Source: Demequinaceae bacterium (GTDB lineage: Bacteria > Actinomycetota > Actinomycetes > Actinomycetales > Demequinaceae). Taken from it: a stretch of DNA of 32,000 nt. The notes beneath the pieces are model-generated. The model was given only the letters and a program-made list of their open reading frames with translations, did not search any database and had not been told where the DNA came from. Shown here in pieces: positions 18,031 through 28,464 of this stretch. The stretch lies in NCBI GenBank assembly GCA_965250005.1, contig OZ252279.1, positions 720,001 through 752,000 on the forward strand, written 5' to 3'. The translations under genes were made by a program, and so were the position numbers. Positions within the stretch are counted from its first letter, which is position 1; each line of letters begins with the position of its first letter.

Positions 18031-18139
18031 TGTCGCCGATGCCGCGGCCAGCGAATGCGTTTCTCAGGACCCTCACAGCAATCTCTCAGGTTGGCGTGGT
18101 CGGATATCAGTGAGAGTTCACCAACCGAGAGGACCTTTC

Positions 18140-19474
18140 ATGTTCACGATCACCCGAACCCCCGTGGGGGTGTCGGCGTTGGCCGTGTCGTTCAGCTTCT
18201 TGGCAGCAGCGTGCTCACCCGTCGAGGCGGCATCCGAATCTCCGGACGCGCCCGCCCGCGCAACCCCGCAGTCTGACGCCCCTGTGGCAACTAGCGACCC
18301 GGTCGCCGCCGGCTCGTACGCGATCGTGGACACCGGCCAGGCGGCGACCTACGGAACAGTGACCGACGTCCTGGCTCCTGCCGCAGGCGAGCTGTACTTC
18401 GGTCAGGACGCGCAGCACGACGGCAACCAACCGTCCTACAACGACAACGGCGACGGCACCATCACCGACAACGTGACGGGCCTCACCTGGACTCAGACAC
18501 CCGACCTCAACAGCGACGGCACCATCGACGCGCGCGACAAGCTCACGTTTGCCGAGGCCATCGCATCAGCGGACGCCGTGAACGTCGGCGACTACGACGA
18601 CTGGCGGCTTCCGACGGTCAAGGAGCTGTACTCGCTCATCCTGTTCGCCGGGGAGGACGTCGGCAACGGAAGCGCGAACGCCAACGGCTACATTCCGTTC
18701 ATCGACGCAGACTACTTCGACTTTGGGTATGGCGACCTGAGTGCGGGAGACCGGATCATCGACGCGCAGGTGGCGAGCAGCACCACCTACGTTGACACGG
18801 CCGGCCCGCCGCTGATGTTTGGGCTTAACTACGCCGACGGCCGCATCAAGGGCTACCCAACGGAGGCGATGCCCCACGAAGCCGAGGCGAAGGGCTACTA
18901 CGTCTACTACGTGCGCGGCAACCCGGACTACGGAATGAACGCCTTCGCGGACAATGGCGACGGCACCGTGACGGACGCGGCCACTTCTCTCATGTGGGCG
19001 CAGAACGACAGTGGCTCCGGCATGAACTGGGAGGATGCGCTCGCTCACGCAGAAGAGGCCAACGCCACCGCGTACTTGGGCTTCACCGACTGGCGCGTCC
19101 CGAACGCCAAGGAGCTCCAGAGCATCGTCGATTACTCGCGTTCGCCCGGCACGTCGGGATCGGCCGCTATCGACCCAGTGTTCAATACCACCGCGATCAC
19201 GAGCGAGGCGGGCCAACAGGACTATGCGATGTACTGGACGTCCACCACGCTCCTCTCCCCATCGGGGCCGAGGCCAGCCGGTGCCGCGGTGTACATCGCG
19301 TTCGGTAGTGCGTTGGGGTACATGAACGGCCGGTGGGTGGACGTCCACGGCGCTGGCGCCCAGCGCAGCGACCCCAAGGTAGGCGACGCGGCGGACTACC
19401 CTGAGGGCCACGGCCCCCAGGGCGACGCGATCCGGATCGAGAACATGGTCCGGCTAGTTCGCGACGCCAGCTAG
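18140..19474 (+). CDS. Secreted lipoprotein with two tandem DUF1566 (Lcl C-terminal)-like domains
   Basis: Signal peptide with lipobox (ALAVSFSFLAAAC). Internal repeats NDNGDGTITDNVTGLTWTQT...DDWRLPTVKELYSL and ADNGDGTVTDAATSLMWAQN...TDWRVPNAKELQSI. Start ATG 18140 chosen inside the longer track ORF. Confidence 0.8.
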   Translation: MFTITRTPVGVSALAVSFSFLAAACSPVEAASESPDAPARATPQSDAPVATSDPVAAGSYAIVDTGQAATYGTVTDVLAPAAGELYFGQDAQHDGNQPSYNDNGDGTITDNVTGLTWTQTPDLNSDGTIDARDKLTFAEAIASADAVNVGDYDDWRLPTVKELYSLILFAGEDVGNGSANANGYIPFIDADYFDFGYGDLSAGDRIIDAQVASSTTYVDTAGPPLMFGLNYADGRIKGYPTEAMPHEAEAKGYYVYYVRGNPDYGMNAFADNGDGTVTDAATSLMWAQNDSGSGMNWEDALAHAEEANATAYLGFTDWRVPNAKELQSIVDYSRSPGTSGSAAIDPVFNTTAITSEAGQQDYAMYWTSTTLLSPSGPRPAGAAVYIAFGSALGYMNGRWVDVHGAGAQRSDPKVGDAADYPEGHGPQGDAIRIENMVRLVRDAS

Positions 19475-19493
19475 CCGTCAACGGGCCACTGTC

Positions 19494-20006
19494 TCACTCG
19501 CTCGGTTCGTCCATACGCCAGTGGTCCCGGTGATCGACGGGAACACTGGAGAAATTCCATGCGCGCGTGGCCCTGCCTTCACTTAGCGCTATCCACTTGT
19601 GAGGAAGCCCGTTGTCAAAGTACGGGCCCTCGTCGTAGAGCGGAGTCGCGGAAAGCAACACACCTCCCACCGACCCGAGGCGCAGCTTGCGCCGCCATGG
19701 GAATGCGGGAAGCCACGAGAACGTCTCCGCCCCCGACTCGTCCCGAGTGATCCGCGCGACTGGGATAGACCTGAACTGCTGTAGCGCCTGTGACGACACC
19801 CACGGCAGGAATGCCGCTACCGCAAGCGCGAAAACAATCGCCAAAGCGGAACCCGCGATCGAATCTTCCTCGCTGCGAGGCCACACGCCGACGGCAGCCA
19901 CTACCAGGGCCACGACCACAAACACAATTCCAAGCAGGTAACTGGCAATGGCCACTCGGGCCCACACGGACGGTTCTGAGTAGATCTCGCGGTTGTCGCT
20001 CGCCAC
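19494..20006 (-). CDS. Hypothetical protein with two hydrophobic segments
   Basis: VAIASYLLGIVFVVVALVVAAVGVWP and SIAGSALAIVFALAVAAFLPWV. Confidence 0.65.
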   Translation of the reverse strand: MASDNREIYSEPSVWARVAIASYLLGIVFVVVALVVAAVGVWPRSEEDSIAGSALAIVFALAVAAFLPWVSSQALQQFRSIPVARITRDESGAETFSWLPAFPWRRKLRLGSVGGVLLSATPLYDEGPYFDNGLPHKWIALSEGRATRAWNFSSVPVDHRDHWRMDEPSE

Positions 20007-20079
20007 TTGTGCTCCAATCTGGAATAGTCGCCCATACCAAACTGATCTTCATCGCAGCCGACTGAGCGACACTCTCCTC

Positions 20080-21516
20080 TTAAGCCCCGACGAGCCTCTC
20101 AGCCAGGTAGCCCTGCACCTTGTCCAGCGACACGCGGTCCTGCGCCATGGTGTCGCGGTCGCGGATGGTGACGGCCTGGTCGTCCTTGGTCTCAAAGTCG
20201 ACGGTGATGCAGTACGGCGTGCCGATCTCGTCTTGACGGCGGTAGCGCTTGCCGATCGCCTGCGTCTCGTCATAGTCGACGTTCCACGCGCCGCGCAGCT
20301 CGGCCGCAAGGGCGCGCGCCGTCGGCTGGAGTTCCTCGGACTTGGACAGCGGCAGCACAGCAGCCTTGATGGGCGAGAGGCGGTGGTCCAGGCGCAGCAC
20401 GGTGCGCTTGTCCACTCCGCCCTTGGTGTTGGGCGCCTCGTCCTCGGCATACGCCTCGACGAGGAACGCCATGAGCGAGCGCGTCAGGCCGGCGGCGGGC
20501 TCGATTACGTACGGGAAGTACTTCTCGTTGCTGATCGGGTCACGGTAACTGAGGTCCTTGCCCGAGTGCTCCGTGTGCGTCTTGAGGTCAAAGTCCGTGC
20601 GGTTGGCGATGCCCTCGAGTTCGCCAAATTCGCTGCCTTGGAAGCCGAACCGGTACTCGATGTCGACGGTGCGCTTGGAGTAGTGCGACAACTTGTCCTT
20701 GGGGTGCTCAAACAGGCGCAGGTTGTCTGGGCTTAGCCCCAGGTCCGTGTACCAGGCCATGCGCGCGTCGATCCAGGTCTGGTGCCATTCCTCGTCGGTC
20801 CCGGGGACCACGAAGAACTCCATTTCCATCTGCTCGAACTCGCGGGTGCGGAAGATGAAGTTTCCGGGCGTGATCTCGTTGCGGAAGCTCTTGCCGATCT
20901 GGGCGATGCCGAACGGCGGCTTCATGCGCGACGTGCCGACAATGTTCGCGAAGTTCACAAAGATGCCCTGCGCGGTCTCGGGGCGCAGGTAGTGCAGGCC
21001 CGTCTCGTCCTGTGTGACGCCCAGGTACGTGCTGAGCAGGCCGTTGAACATCTTGGGCTCGGTCCACTGGCCGCGCGTGCCGCACTCGACGCATGCGATC
21101 TCGTCTAGGCCACCTTTGGGCTCGCGGCCCTTTTTCTCCACGAACGCTTCAATGAGGTGATCCTCACGGAAGCGCTTGTGGCAGTTGAGGCACTCCACTA
21201 GCGGGTCCACGAAGGCCTTGAGGTGGCCAGATGCCTCCCACACGGGCGTGGGCAGAATCACGGAGGAGTCGATCCCCACGATGTCGTCGCGCGAGTTCAC
21301 CATGGAACGCCACCACTGACGCTTGATGTTCTCCTTGAGCTCCACGCCAAGCGGCCCGTAGTCCCACGCGCTGCGTGTTCCTCCGTAGATCTCCCCCGCG
21401 GGAAAGACGAACCCGCGACGCTTCGCGAGTGAGGTGACGTTGTCGAGACGGCTGGCTGCGGCCACGGCGGGGACTCCTATTTTGTGAGTGTTGGGGTGGT
21501 GCTTGTGCTGACGCAC
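20080..21516 (-). CDS. glyS: Glycyl-tRNA synthetase (single-chain class II)
   Basis: [36 protein letters not shown]...[34 protein letters not shown]; 478 aa. Confidence 0.95.
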   Translation of the reverse strand: MRQHKHHPNTHKIGVPAVAAASRLDNVTSLAKRRGFVFPAGEIYGGTRSAWDYGPLGVELKENIKRQWWRSMVNSRDDIVGIDSSVILPTPVWEASGHLKAFVDPLVECLNCHKRFREDHLIEAFVEKKGREPKGGLDEIACVECGTRGQWTEPKMFNGLLSTYLGVTQDETGLHYLRPETAQGIFVNFANIVGTSRMKPPFGIAQIGKSFRNEITPGNFIFRTREFEQMEMEFFVVPGTDEEWHQTWIDARMAWYTDLGLSPDNLRLFEHPKDKLSHYSKRTVDIEYRFGFQGSEFGELEGIANRTDFDLKTHTEHSGKDLSYRDPISNEKYFPYVIEPAAGLTRSLMAFLVEAYAEDEAPNTKGGVDKRTVLRLDHRLSPIKAAVLPLSKSEELQPTARALAAELRGAWNVDYDETQAIGKRYRRQDEIGTPYCITVDFETKDDQAVTIRDRDTMAQDRVSLDKVQGYLAERLVGA

Positions 21517-21573
21517 AGTCTATCCGCGTAGCGACGACGCACCGTGCGGGGCCCGCGGCCGTCGGCCGCTTCT

Positions 21574-21592
21574 TGACAATGATTATCATTAG
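21574..21592. promoter_or_regulatory. Candidate Zur/Fur-type operator upstream of the zinc transporter operon
   Basis: TGACAATGATTATCATTAG; AATGATNATCATT-type palindrome 16 nt upstream of the GTG start of the substrate-binding protein gene. Confidence 0.65.
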
Positions 21593-21607
21593 CGCGAGAA
21601 TCGCCTG

Positions 21608-22519
21608 GTGACGACTTCCCGCGCCCTCCCCGCGGCCCTCGCTGTGGTGTCGGCCGTGGCACTCTGCGCCTGCACCGCCGAACCGAGCACCGGCAACACC
21701 GACCTCCGCGTGGCCGCCGCCGTTTACCCGCTCGCCTTCGCCGCCCAAGAGGTAGCGGGCGTGCACGGCGAGGTGCTCCTGCTCACGGCCCCAGGGGTCG
21801 AGCCGCACGACCTCGAGCTCTCCCCTGCCGTAGTCAAGCAACTACGTGACATGGACGTGGTGTTCTACCTCGAGCGATTCCAGCCCGCGATCGAGAAAGC
21901 CGTGGACTCCACGGGTGCCTGGGCCCTGGGCGTCGAACAGATGGTAGAGATTCACGACCACTCCGACGGCGATCACGACGGCCACCCTGACATAGCCGAA
22001 AACGAGCACGACTCCCACTTCTGGCTGAACCCACTGCTGCTCGCAGACTTCGGCTTCGCGATCGCGAACGAATTCGGGCGATTGGATCTGACCCACGCCG
22101 ACGGCTACCTGCGCCGCGCCCGCAGCCTCGAGTCCGACCTGCTTGCGCTCGACGCGGAATTTTCCGCGGGCCTGGCCGCGTGCGAGCGTGACACCATTTT
22201 GGTGAGCCACGAGGCATTCGGCTTCCTCGCCACGCGCTACGGCCTGACCCAGGTGGGATTGGCAGGACTCAGCCCCGACGCCGAGCCGTCCCCTGCTCGC
22301 GTCCGCAAAATACGTGCAATCGCCGCGCAAACCGGCGCCACCACCGTGTTCAGTGAAACTCTCGTGGATCCCTCGGTGGCCCAGGCGCTCGCCTCGGACG
22401 CAGGGCTCGAGGTCGCCGTGCTGGACCCAATCGAGGGGCTCTTCGATGATGACGACGACTACTTCACCGTCATGCGCCGCAATCTCGCCGCATTGGAGGA
22501 CGCCCTTGGCTGCCGCTAG
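21608..22519 (+). CDS. znuA: Zinc/metal ABC transporter substrate-binding lipoprotein
   Basis: Lipobox VSAVALCAC; LLLTAPGVEPHDLELSPAVVKQLRDMDVVFYL; His/Asp-rich loop HDHSDGDHDGH; DSHFWLNP. Confidence 0.9.
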   Translation: MTTSRALPAALAVVSAVALCACTAEPSTGNTDLRVAAAVYPLAFAAQEVAGVHGEVLLLTAPGVEPHDLELSPAVVKQLRDMDVVFYLERFQPAIEKAVDSTGAWALGVEQMVEIHDHSDGDHDGHPDIAENEHDSHFWLNPLLLADFGFAIANEFGRLDLTHADGYLRRARSLESDLLALDAEFSAGLAACERDTILVSHEAFGFLATRYGLTQVGLAGLSPDAEPSPARVRKIRAIAAQTGATTVFSETLVDPSVAQALASDAGLEVAVLDPIEGLFDDDDDYFTVMRRNLAALEDALGCR

Positions 22520-23411
22520 TTCAAAGCGCAAGAGGCGCGGGACAGGCACGAGCGCGCGCGCGGTCACGTCAGTCGCGTCAGCATCCGATGGCACCGCGAC
22601 GCCGAGCCTCGCGAGCGCGCTCGGCCCGGTGATCCGTGCGCGCGGCGTCAACGTGTCGCTTGCAGGCTCGGAGATTCTCCACGGAGTTGACCTCGACGTC
22701 ACGGCCGGCGAGGCCGTCGCCATCATGGGCGGCAACGGATCGGGCAAGACCACCCTGGTCCGCGCGATCATCGGCGCCGTCCCGGTGGCGTCGGGCGAAA
22801 TCGAGGTGTTTGGCAGGCCCGTCAAGCGCTCGCCACGCCAACGCGTCGGGTACGTGCCGCAGAGAGCAACCGCGGCGTCCGGCGTGAGCGCGACCGCTCT
22901 CGAGGTGGTCAGCTCTGGTCTGCTCCACGCGCGCCGTCTGGTTCTCCCCCGCGACTCGCGCGAGCGCGCGCTCGCAGCCCTCGACGCCGTCGGCCTCGAC
23001 CAGATCGCTAGCCACGCCGTCGCGACGCTTTCGGGCGGCCAGCAGCAGCGCGTCCTTATCGCGCGCGCCATGGTTCGCCAGCCCGACCTCCTCCTGCTCG
23101 ACGAGCCCGCCGCCGGGGTGGACCTGCCCAGCCAGCAGGCCTTCGCGTCGGCACTGGGAACGCTCAAAGAGGCGGGCGCGACCATCGTGATCGTGCTCCA
23201 CGAGCTCGGCGTCGTGGGCCAACTCGTCGACCGCGCCATCGTGCTTGAGGCGGGCTGCGTCACTTTCACGGGCGAGCCTCCCGCGGCCCAGGGCGCCCAC
23301 GCCCTTCCCGGCCACGACCACATTCACCCGCACGGCGCGGACCCGCATGAACCAACGCTTCCGGGAACCGGCACAGCCAGCTTCGACTTCAGGAAGGCGG
23401 GCCGCAAATAA
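22506..23411 (+). CDS. znuC: Zinc/metal ABC transporter ATP-binding protein
   Basis: Walker A GGNGSGKTTL; LSGGQQQRVLIARAMVRQPDLLLLDEPAAGVD. TTG 22506 start chosen within the longer track ORF. Confidence 0.9.
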   Translation: MAAASSKRKRRGTGTSARAVTSVASASDGTATPSLASALGPVIRARGVNVSLAGSEILHGVDLDVTAGEAVAIMGGNGSGKTTLVRAIIGAVPVASGEIEVFGRPVKRSPRQRVGYVPQRATAASGVSATALEVVSSGLLHARRLVLPRDSRERALAALDAVGLDQIASHAVATLSGGQQQRVLIARAMVRQPDLLLLDEPAAGVDLPSQQAFASALGTLKEAGATIVIVLHELGVVGQLVDRAIVLEAGCVTFTGEPPAAQGAHALPGHDHIHPHGADPHEPTLPGTGTASFDFRKAGRK

Positions 23412-23416
23412 TCCAG

Positions 23417-24268
23417 ATGCTCAACGACCCGCTCATGCAGCGCGCGCTCCTCATCGCCCTGCTCGTAGGCCTGGCTGCGCCGGTGATCGGCACGTATCTG
23501 GTGCAGCGCCGCATGGCGCTGCTGGGCGACGGCATCGGCCATGTCGCGCTCGCCGGAGTCGCGGCCGGTTGGCTTGCCGGATCTGCCGCCGACCTCGCCC
23601 AGCGGGACGCCCTCGCCGTGCCCGGAGCTATCATCTTCGCGCTCTTCGCCGCCGTCACCATCGAGCAGATGCGCGCTCGCGAGACAGCTGCCGCAGACGT
23701 CGTGATGGCCATTCTCTTCTACGGCGGCATCGCCAGCGGCGTGCTGCTCATTGGCATCGCTGGCGGCTCGGGCGCCAACCTGCTGGGCTACCTGTTCGGA
23801 TCCATCTCCACGGTGACGTGGGGCGACGTGTGGGTGACGGCCGCGCTCGCGGGAGTCATCCTGCTGGTAGGCGTCGGCCTGCGCAACGCGCTGTTCGCCG
23901 TCACCCACGACCAAGACTTTGCCGTCGCCTCAGGGTTGCCAGTCCGCTGGCTCAACCTCACCGTCGCGGTTCTCGCCGCCGTCACCATCACGGTGTCCAT
24001 GCGTGTGGTGGGCGTTCTGCTGGTTTCGGGACTGATGATACTGCCCGTCGCTATCGCCCAACTGTTCTCTCAGTCGTTCTCGCGAACCATGTACACGGCG
24101 ATGGGCGTAGGCGCGGTGCTGTGCATCACCGGATTGTCGATCACCTACTTCCGGGACCTCCAGCCCGGCGCGCTCATCGTCGTCCTCGCCGTGGGTGTCT
24201 ACGCAATCACGGCCACCGTTCGCGGGATCTCCCGCAACGCGCGCCGCCGAAAGGCGGCGTCCGCGTGA
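23417..24268 (+). CDS. znuB: Zinc/metal ABC transporter permease
   Basis: MLNDPLMQRALLIALLVGLAAPVIGTYLVQRRMALLGDGIGHVALAGVAAGWLAG; ABC-3 family signature. Confidence 0.92.
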   Translation: MLNDPLMQRALLIALLVGLAAPVIGTYLVQRRMALLGDGIGHVALAGVAAGWLAGSAADLAQRDALAVPGAIIFALFAAVTIEQMRARETAAADVVMAILFYGGIASGVLLIGIAGGSGANLLGYLFGSISTVTWGDVWVTAALAGVILLVGVGLRNALFAVTHDQDFAVASGLPVRWLNLTVAVLAAVTITVSMRVVGVLLVSGLMILPVAIAQLFSQSFSRTMYTAMGVGAVLCITGLSITYFRDLQPGALIVVLAVGVYAITATVRGISRNARRRKAASA

Positions 24269-24717
24269 CTACCGAGACGTCCACCACGAGCACCACCCCC
24301 ACCAAGGGCTCTGACCAGCCCCTTCCGCAACAGCGCAAAACCAAGCAGCGCACGGCCGTCTTGAGCGCCCTCGCGAGTGTGGACGACTTCCTTTCCGCAC
24401 AGGCGTGGCACGACCACCTGCGCCAAGACGGCTCGAGCATCGGCCTGGCGACCGTGTACCGGACGCTCCAGTCACTGGCCGATTCCGGCGACGTCGACAG
24501 CGTGCTCAACGACGCCGGGGAGTCCCTCTACCGCCGCTGCGGTGACAATGGCGGACACCACCACCACCTTCGTTGCCGCAACTGCGGCGCGGTCGTAGAG
24601 ATCGAAGGCCCGGGGGTCGAGGCGTGGGCGTCGGCCGTCGCCGCCGAGCACGGGTACGCTCGCATCGAGCACACCATCGAATTGACCGGCATCTGCGCGG
24701 ACTGCGCGCAGGCCTAG
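24265..24717 (+). CDS. zur: Fur-family regulator, probably Zur
   Basis: QRTAVLSALASVDDFLSAQAWHDHLRQDGSSIGLATVYRTLQSLADSGDVD...HHHHLRCRNCGAVVEI...GICADC; GTG overlaps the znuB stop. Confidence 0.9.
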   Translation: MTTETSTTSTTPTKGSDQPLPQQRKTKQRTAVLSALASVDDFLSAQAWHDHLRQDGSSIGLATVYRTLQSLADSGDVDSVLNDAGESLYRRCGDNGGHHHHLRCRNCGAVVEIEGPGVEAWASAVAAEHGYARIEHTIELTGICADCAQA

Positions 24718-24728
24718 GGGAGGCGAGC

Positions 24729-25223
24729 ATGGCGGGGGTACCCGACTTCATCGCCGACGGGCCCCTCTGGGGGCTCTTCATCTTTCTGCTGATCGTGGTG
24801 TTCCTGCGGGCGCAGGCCACATACTGGCTGGGCCGCGCGGTGCGCGCCGGGCTGCTGTCCTCGCGCTGGCGCACGCGCTTCGACGGCCCTGGCATGGACC
24901 GCGCGCACGCGTACCTGGAGCGCTGGGGGCCCATTGGCATCCCCGTCTCGTTCCTGACCATCGGGTTCCAGACCCTGGTGAACGCCGCCGCCGGCTTCGC
25001 CAAGATGCGCTGGCCGCTGTACACGATCGCGATGATTCCTGGCTGCCTCGCGTGGGCCGCGGCCTACACGCTCGTAGGGCTGTCGCTATGGGCCGGGGCA
25101 CTGCGCCTGGGCCAGGAGTCCCCGTGGCTTCTCGCCGGCGTGCTCGCCCTGCTCGCCGCCGTTGTCGCGGTCGCTATTCGGCTGCGCCGAAACGCCGGTT
25201 CCTCCGCGCGTACTCCTCGATAG
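24729..25223 (+). CDS. DedA/SNARE-associated-like membrane protein
   Basis: [15 protein letters not shown]...[55 protein letters not shown]. Confidence 0.75.
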   Translation: MAGVPDFIADGPLWGLFIFLLIVVFLRAQATYWLGRAVRAGLLSSRWRTRFDGPGMDRAHAYLERWGPIGIPVSFLTIGFQTLVNAAAGFAKMRWPLYTIAMIPGCLAWAAAYTLVGLSLWAGALRLGQESPWLLAGVLALLAAVVAVAIRLRRNAGSSARTPR

Positions 25224-25947
25224 CCCGCCACAAGTCGCGCCGGTCCACATCCGGCCACAGCACGTTGCTGAAAACCAGCTCGGCGTACGCCGCCTGCCAC
25301 GGCAAGAAGTTGCTGGTGCGCTGCTCCCCACTTGATCGCCAGAACATGTCAACGTCTGGCATATCGGGCTCGTCCAGGTGCGCGGCCACCGTCTTCTCTG
25401 TGACCTTCTCGGGCTTGAGCTTCCCGGCTGCGGCCTTGATCGCGATGGCGCGGGCGGCGTCGGCGATTTCGGCGCGACCCCCGTAGTTGATGCACATCGT
25501 CAGGGTCAACACCTTGTTGTGCTTGGTGAGTTCTTCGGCCTCTTCAAGCTCGTCGATCACTGACTGCCAGAGCTTGGGGCGGCGGCCCGCCCAGCGCACG
25601 CGTACGCCCCAGTCGTTCATCTGATCGCGACGGCGGCGCAGCGTCTGGCGGTTGAAGCCCATGAGGAAGCGGACTTCTTCGGGTGTGCGCTTCCAGTTTT
25701 CGGTGCTGAACGCGTAGGCGCTCAGATGTGTGACGCCCGCCTCGATCGCGCCAGCAACCACATCGAACAACACCCGCTCACCGCGCTCGTGGCCCACGGT
25801 CCGCTGGAATCCGCGCTCCCTTGCCCAGCGGCCGTTGCCGTCCATTACGACGGCCACATGCTTGGGAATCATCTCGGGCGCTAGGTCCGGAGGCGTCTCC
25901 CCGCTCGGGTGTTTGTCCGGGGCCTTGGGCAGTTCGGCGTCGGTCAT
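25174..25947 (-). CDS. uppS: Isoprenyl transferase (undecaprenyl diphosphate synthase)
   Basis: [28 protein letters not shown]...[15 protein letters not shown]...[26 protein letters not shown]. Confidence 0.95.
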   Translation of the reverse strand: MTDAELPKAPDKHPSGETPPDLAPEMIPKHVAVVMDGNGRWARERGFQRTVGHERGERVLFDVVAGAIEAGVTHLSAYAFSTENWKRTPEEVRFLMGFNRQTLRRRRDQMNDWGVRVRWAGRRPKLWQSVIDELEEAEELTKHNKVLTLTMCINYGGRAEIADAARAIAIKAAAGKLKPEKVTEKTVAAHLDEPDMPDVDMFWRSSGEQRTSNFLPWQAAYAELVFSNVLWPDVDRRDLWRAIEEYARRNRRFGAAE

Positions 25948-26711
25948 GCGGGACGTGCCTCCTTGGCGTGCGGTGAGTCTTCAGCGCGATCAACCATACC
26001 GAGACTGCGCACCTTCCTCTCCAGGTGAAACTGCGTGTACGCGGCGACCAGCCCGGCAGCTTCGCGGCGGTGTCGCTGATTGCTCGCATCGGCCACGGGC
26101 CAGTCTCCTGCTACCAACGACTGGAGCAGCAGGAACGTCTCGGGCGCAGGGGCTGCGGCGCCAGACGGCCGATGCTCCTCGCACACCGCACCTCCCCCGG
26201 CCGCCACAAACGCCCGGTGGGGACCGGCCTTCCCGCAGGTGGCGCAATTGTCGAAGCTAGGCGCCCACCCCTCGACCGCGAACGCGCGCAGCAGATAGGC
26301 GTCCAGAACGAGGCCGTGGTTGTGCTCGCGGTTGGACAGCGAGTTGAGGCCACCCCGCAGCAGCCGGTATTGCTGGAGTGCGGGCTCGCGCTCATGCGTG
26401 ACCAGCTTGTCCGCAGCCTCGACCATCGCCGTCGCGGCCGTGAAGAGCTGGTAGTCCTTCGCCATCTCCTTGGCGAACGGCTGGATGGTCTCCACCTGAT
26501 TCACGATGTCCAGGTTGCGGCCCTCGTAGAGCTGCAGATCCACCACCATGAACGGCTCCAGGCGCGAGCCGATCCGGCTGCTCGTGCGGCGCACGCCCTT
26601 CGCCACCGCGCGCACCTTGCCGTGGGCGCGCGTGAGCATCGTGATGATGCGGTCGGCCTCGCCCAGCTTGTGCGTGCGAAGCACGATGGCTTCGTCGCGG
26701 TAGGTGGGCAT
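25944..26711 (-). CDS. recO: DNA repair protein RecO
   Basis: [51 protein letters not shown]; four-nt overlap with uppS. Confidence 0.95.
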   Translation of the reverse strand: MPTYRDEAIVLRTHKLGEADRIITMLTRAHGKVRAVAKGVRRTSSRIGSRLEPFMVVDLQLYEGRNLDIVNQVETIQPFAKEMAKDYQLFTAATAMVEAADKLVTHEREPALQQYRLLRGGLNSLSNREHNHGLVLDAYLLRAFAVEGWAPSFDNCATCGKAGPHRAFVAAGGGAVCEEHRPSGAAAPAPETFLLLQSLVAGDWPVADASNQRHRREAAGLVAAYTQFHLERKVRSLGMVDRAEDSPHAKEARPA

Positions 26712-26781
26712 CTATCCATTGTCGCGCGGCCCGGGCCAAGAGTGCGCCGCGCATCGCTAGCGCCCAAGATTCCGTTGAGCG

Positions 26782-27372
26782 TCAGGCACCGAGCTTCGGC
26801 AGGACTTCTCCGAGTGTCAGTGGCGCGCGATCTGACTGCCGAAGGACTTCCCATGAAACGTCATCGGTTCCCCAAACCACCATGGCGTCCAGTCTGAAGT
26901 CCTCAATACTGTCCATCCAGTCGGGTTCATTGCCGCGTCGAGTCCAAAGACGAAACCTCGGTCTTTGGATGTCAAAGAGTTCGTCATCAATGTCGCTGGA
27001 CATATAGGCGGTCGCGCGAATCGGCGCGATCGCTAGGTGGCTGGGCTCCAACCGCGCCATCGCCTTGAGAGCACCTGACAGCCCTCGGACCAGGCCGCCC
27101 AGTACGACGTCTTCGCGCGATCGTGCGTGAGCCGCAATGTCATCGATTTCGAACAACCAATAGTCGTCATACTCGTCAACGCCGTTGGGAGGTTCGTCAT
27201 TCGGCAACGCAGGCATCGACGCCGAGTCACTGCCAACGACCGCCAACTCCCCTCGAGCGTTAACCATCCATCCCGCGTCGATTGCGTGTTCAATGTCGTC
27301 CGCAAACGTGGTCTCGAGCTGCGAATCCGCAAGAGTTGGCAGCAACCGGCGAGCCGCGCTGTTCAGTTTCAT
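26782..27372 (-). CDS. Hypothetical protein
   Basis: 196-aa ORF, no recognised motif. Confidence 0.55.
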   Translation of the reverse strand: MKLNSAARRLLPTLADSQLETTFADDIEHAIDAGWMVNARGELAVVGSDSASMPALPNDEPPNGVDEYDDYWLFEIDDIAAHARSREDVVLGGLVRGLSGALKAMARLEPSHLAIAPIRATAYMSSDIDDELFDIQRPRFRLWTRRGNEPDWMDSIEDFRLDAMVVWGTDDVSWEVLRQSDRAPLTLGEVLPKLGA

Positions 27373-27469
27373 TGAGTATCCCGTCGGCCTATTCGTCTAG
27401 CACAGCGCCCTTGATCTTTCGGTTTCGACGACGAGTCGCGCGTCGCACGCCGAGTTTGGTCTCGTGGAT

Positions 27470-27856
27470 CTACTGCGCGCCAGAAGAGCCGCCGCCTCTC
27501 GACCCCCGAATCATGCGGTCAAAGGCAGCAGCATCCATCACGGGCAGCACAGCAAGCGCGCGCGCCCTCTCGTCCGAAGTGGCGTGCGTCCCAATTCTGA
27601 CTTCGACTGAACCTGGCTCCAGTTGGACAGACGGACTGAGGTTCATGAAGTCGATGGAGTGTTCGCTCAGTTCGGCAAACTCGGTCATGAGCCTCGCAAG
27701 GTACCGAAAGCCCTGAGGGTTCGCAAAAATGGCAGAAGCTCCGTGGTTCTCGTAGGTCTCGACCACAGCGTCATCGGACACATTAAATACAATGCCACGC
27801 GTGACGAGACGTCGAGTGAATTCGTCATCCATTGAGTCTCCATTCATCGGCCACAA
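27470..27856 (-). CDS. Hypothetical protein
   Basis: 128-aa ORF; the start could be an internal ATG. Confidence 0.5.
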   Translation of the reverse strand: MWPMNGDSMDDEFTRRLVTRGIVFNVSDDAVVETYENHGASAIFANPQGFRYLARLMTEFAELSEHSIDFMNLSPSVQLEPGSVEVRIGTHATSDERARALAVLPVMDAAAFDRMIRGSRGGGSSGAQ

Positions 27857-28006
27857 CCATCAGATCGACTCCCCGTGGACTCGCGCCACCCTGTCAACAC
27901 CGCGCATGATCTAGTGCGCACTAGTTCGGTCGCTCCGATGCGTCTGGCGCGAGAACCTTCCTCGAGCTCGAGACCCGAGGGTGCGGGCTAGATCGGTCGT
28001 CGAAAG

Positions 28007-28441
28007 CTACCGGTCAGGCTCGTCCTCGCCCAGCACGTCGCGGCCGATCTCGTCGATCTCCATCCACATCTCGGGGCTTGCGACACTCGTGCCAGCTTCG
28101 CCTTTGGCGTCGCCCTTGGCCTCAGCCCGGTAGGTCTCGACGTGCCGCCTCCACGCGGCGAACGCCGCGCGCATGTCCGCGTCGGACGTGACCCACTCCT
28201 GCCAGTGATCGATGACCTCGCGATGCTCGGTCCGCCCGGGGCGCGTCTCCACCAGCGTCATCGCGTGAAGGTACTGCATCCCCATGGTGACCGGTTGCGC
28301 GTATGTATCGCTGTCCTCGGCGAACATCATGGCCTCAGCCCACGCGTGCGCCTCAAAGCGCGTCTGCGTCCCCGCGAGCACCGCCTCGAAGCGGTCCGCG
28401 GTCTCATCGAGCAACGCGTCGTCAAGGTCCATCTGCTCCAA
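28007..28441 (-). CDS. Hypothetical protein
   Basis: 144-aa ORF MEQMDLDDALLDETADRFEAVLAG... Confidence 0.6.
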   Translation of the reverse strand: MEQMDLDDALLDETADRFEAVLAGTQTRFEAHAWAEAMMFAEDSDTYAQPVTMGMQYLHAMTLVETRPGRTEHREVIDHWQEWVTSDADMRAAFAAWRRHVETYRAEAKGDAKGEAGTSVASPEMWMEIDEIGRDVLGEDEPDR

Positions 28442-28464
28442 GCCTAGCCCGGCACGGCCGTTCG

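Noticed and set aside
17921-18139. 5' extension of the DUF1566 lipoprotein ORF overlapping dusB
   Set aside because: A signal peptide with lipobox starts at ATG 18140; the upstream extension is antisense to dusB and Ser/Arg-rich, typical of spurious GC-rich frames.
16828-18276. 482-aa plus-strand ORF antisense to dusB
   Set aside because: Shadow ORF of dusB in high-GC sequence; its His/Arg/Val-rich composition lacks any recognisable domain.
21842-23323. 493-aa minus-strand ORF antisense to znuA/znuC
   Set aside because: The plus-strand ABC transporter genes are unambiguous, and the minus ORF is Ser/Ala/Arg-rich with no motif.
23245-24264. Arg-rich extension upstream of the Zur-like protein in the 23245..24717 ORF
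   Set aside because: It overlaps znuB in another frame and has spurious composition; the Fur-family sequence begins at GTG 24265.
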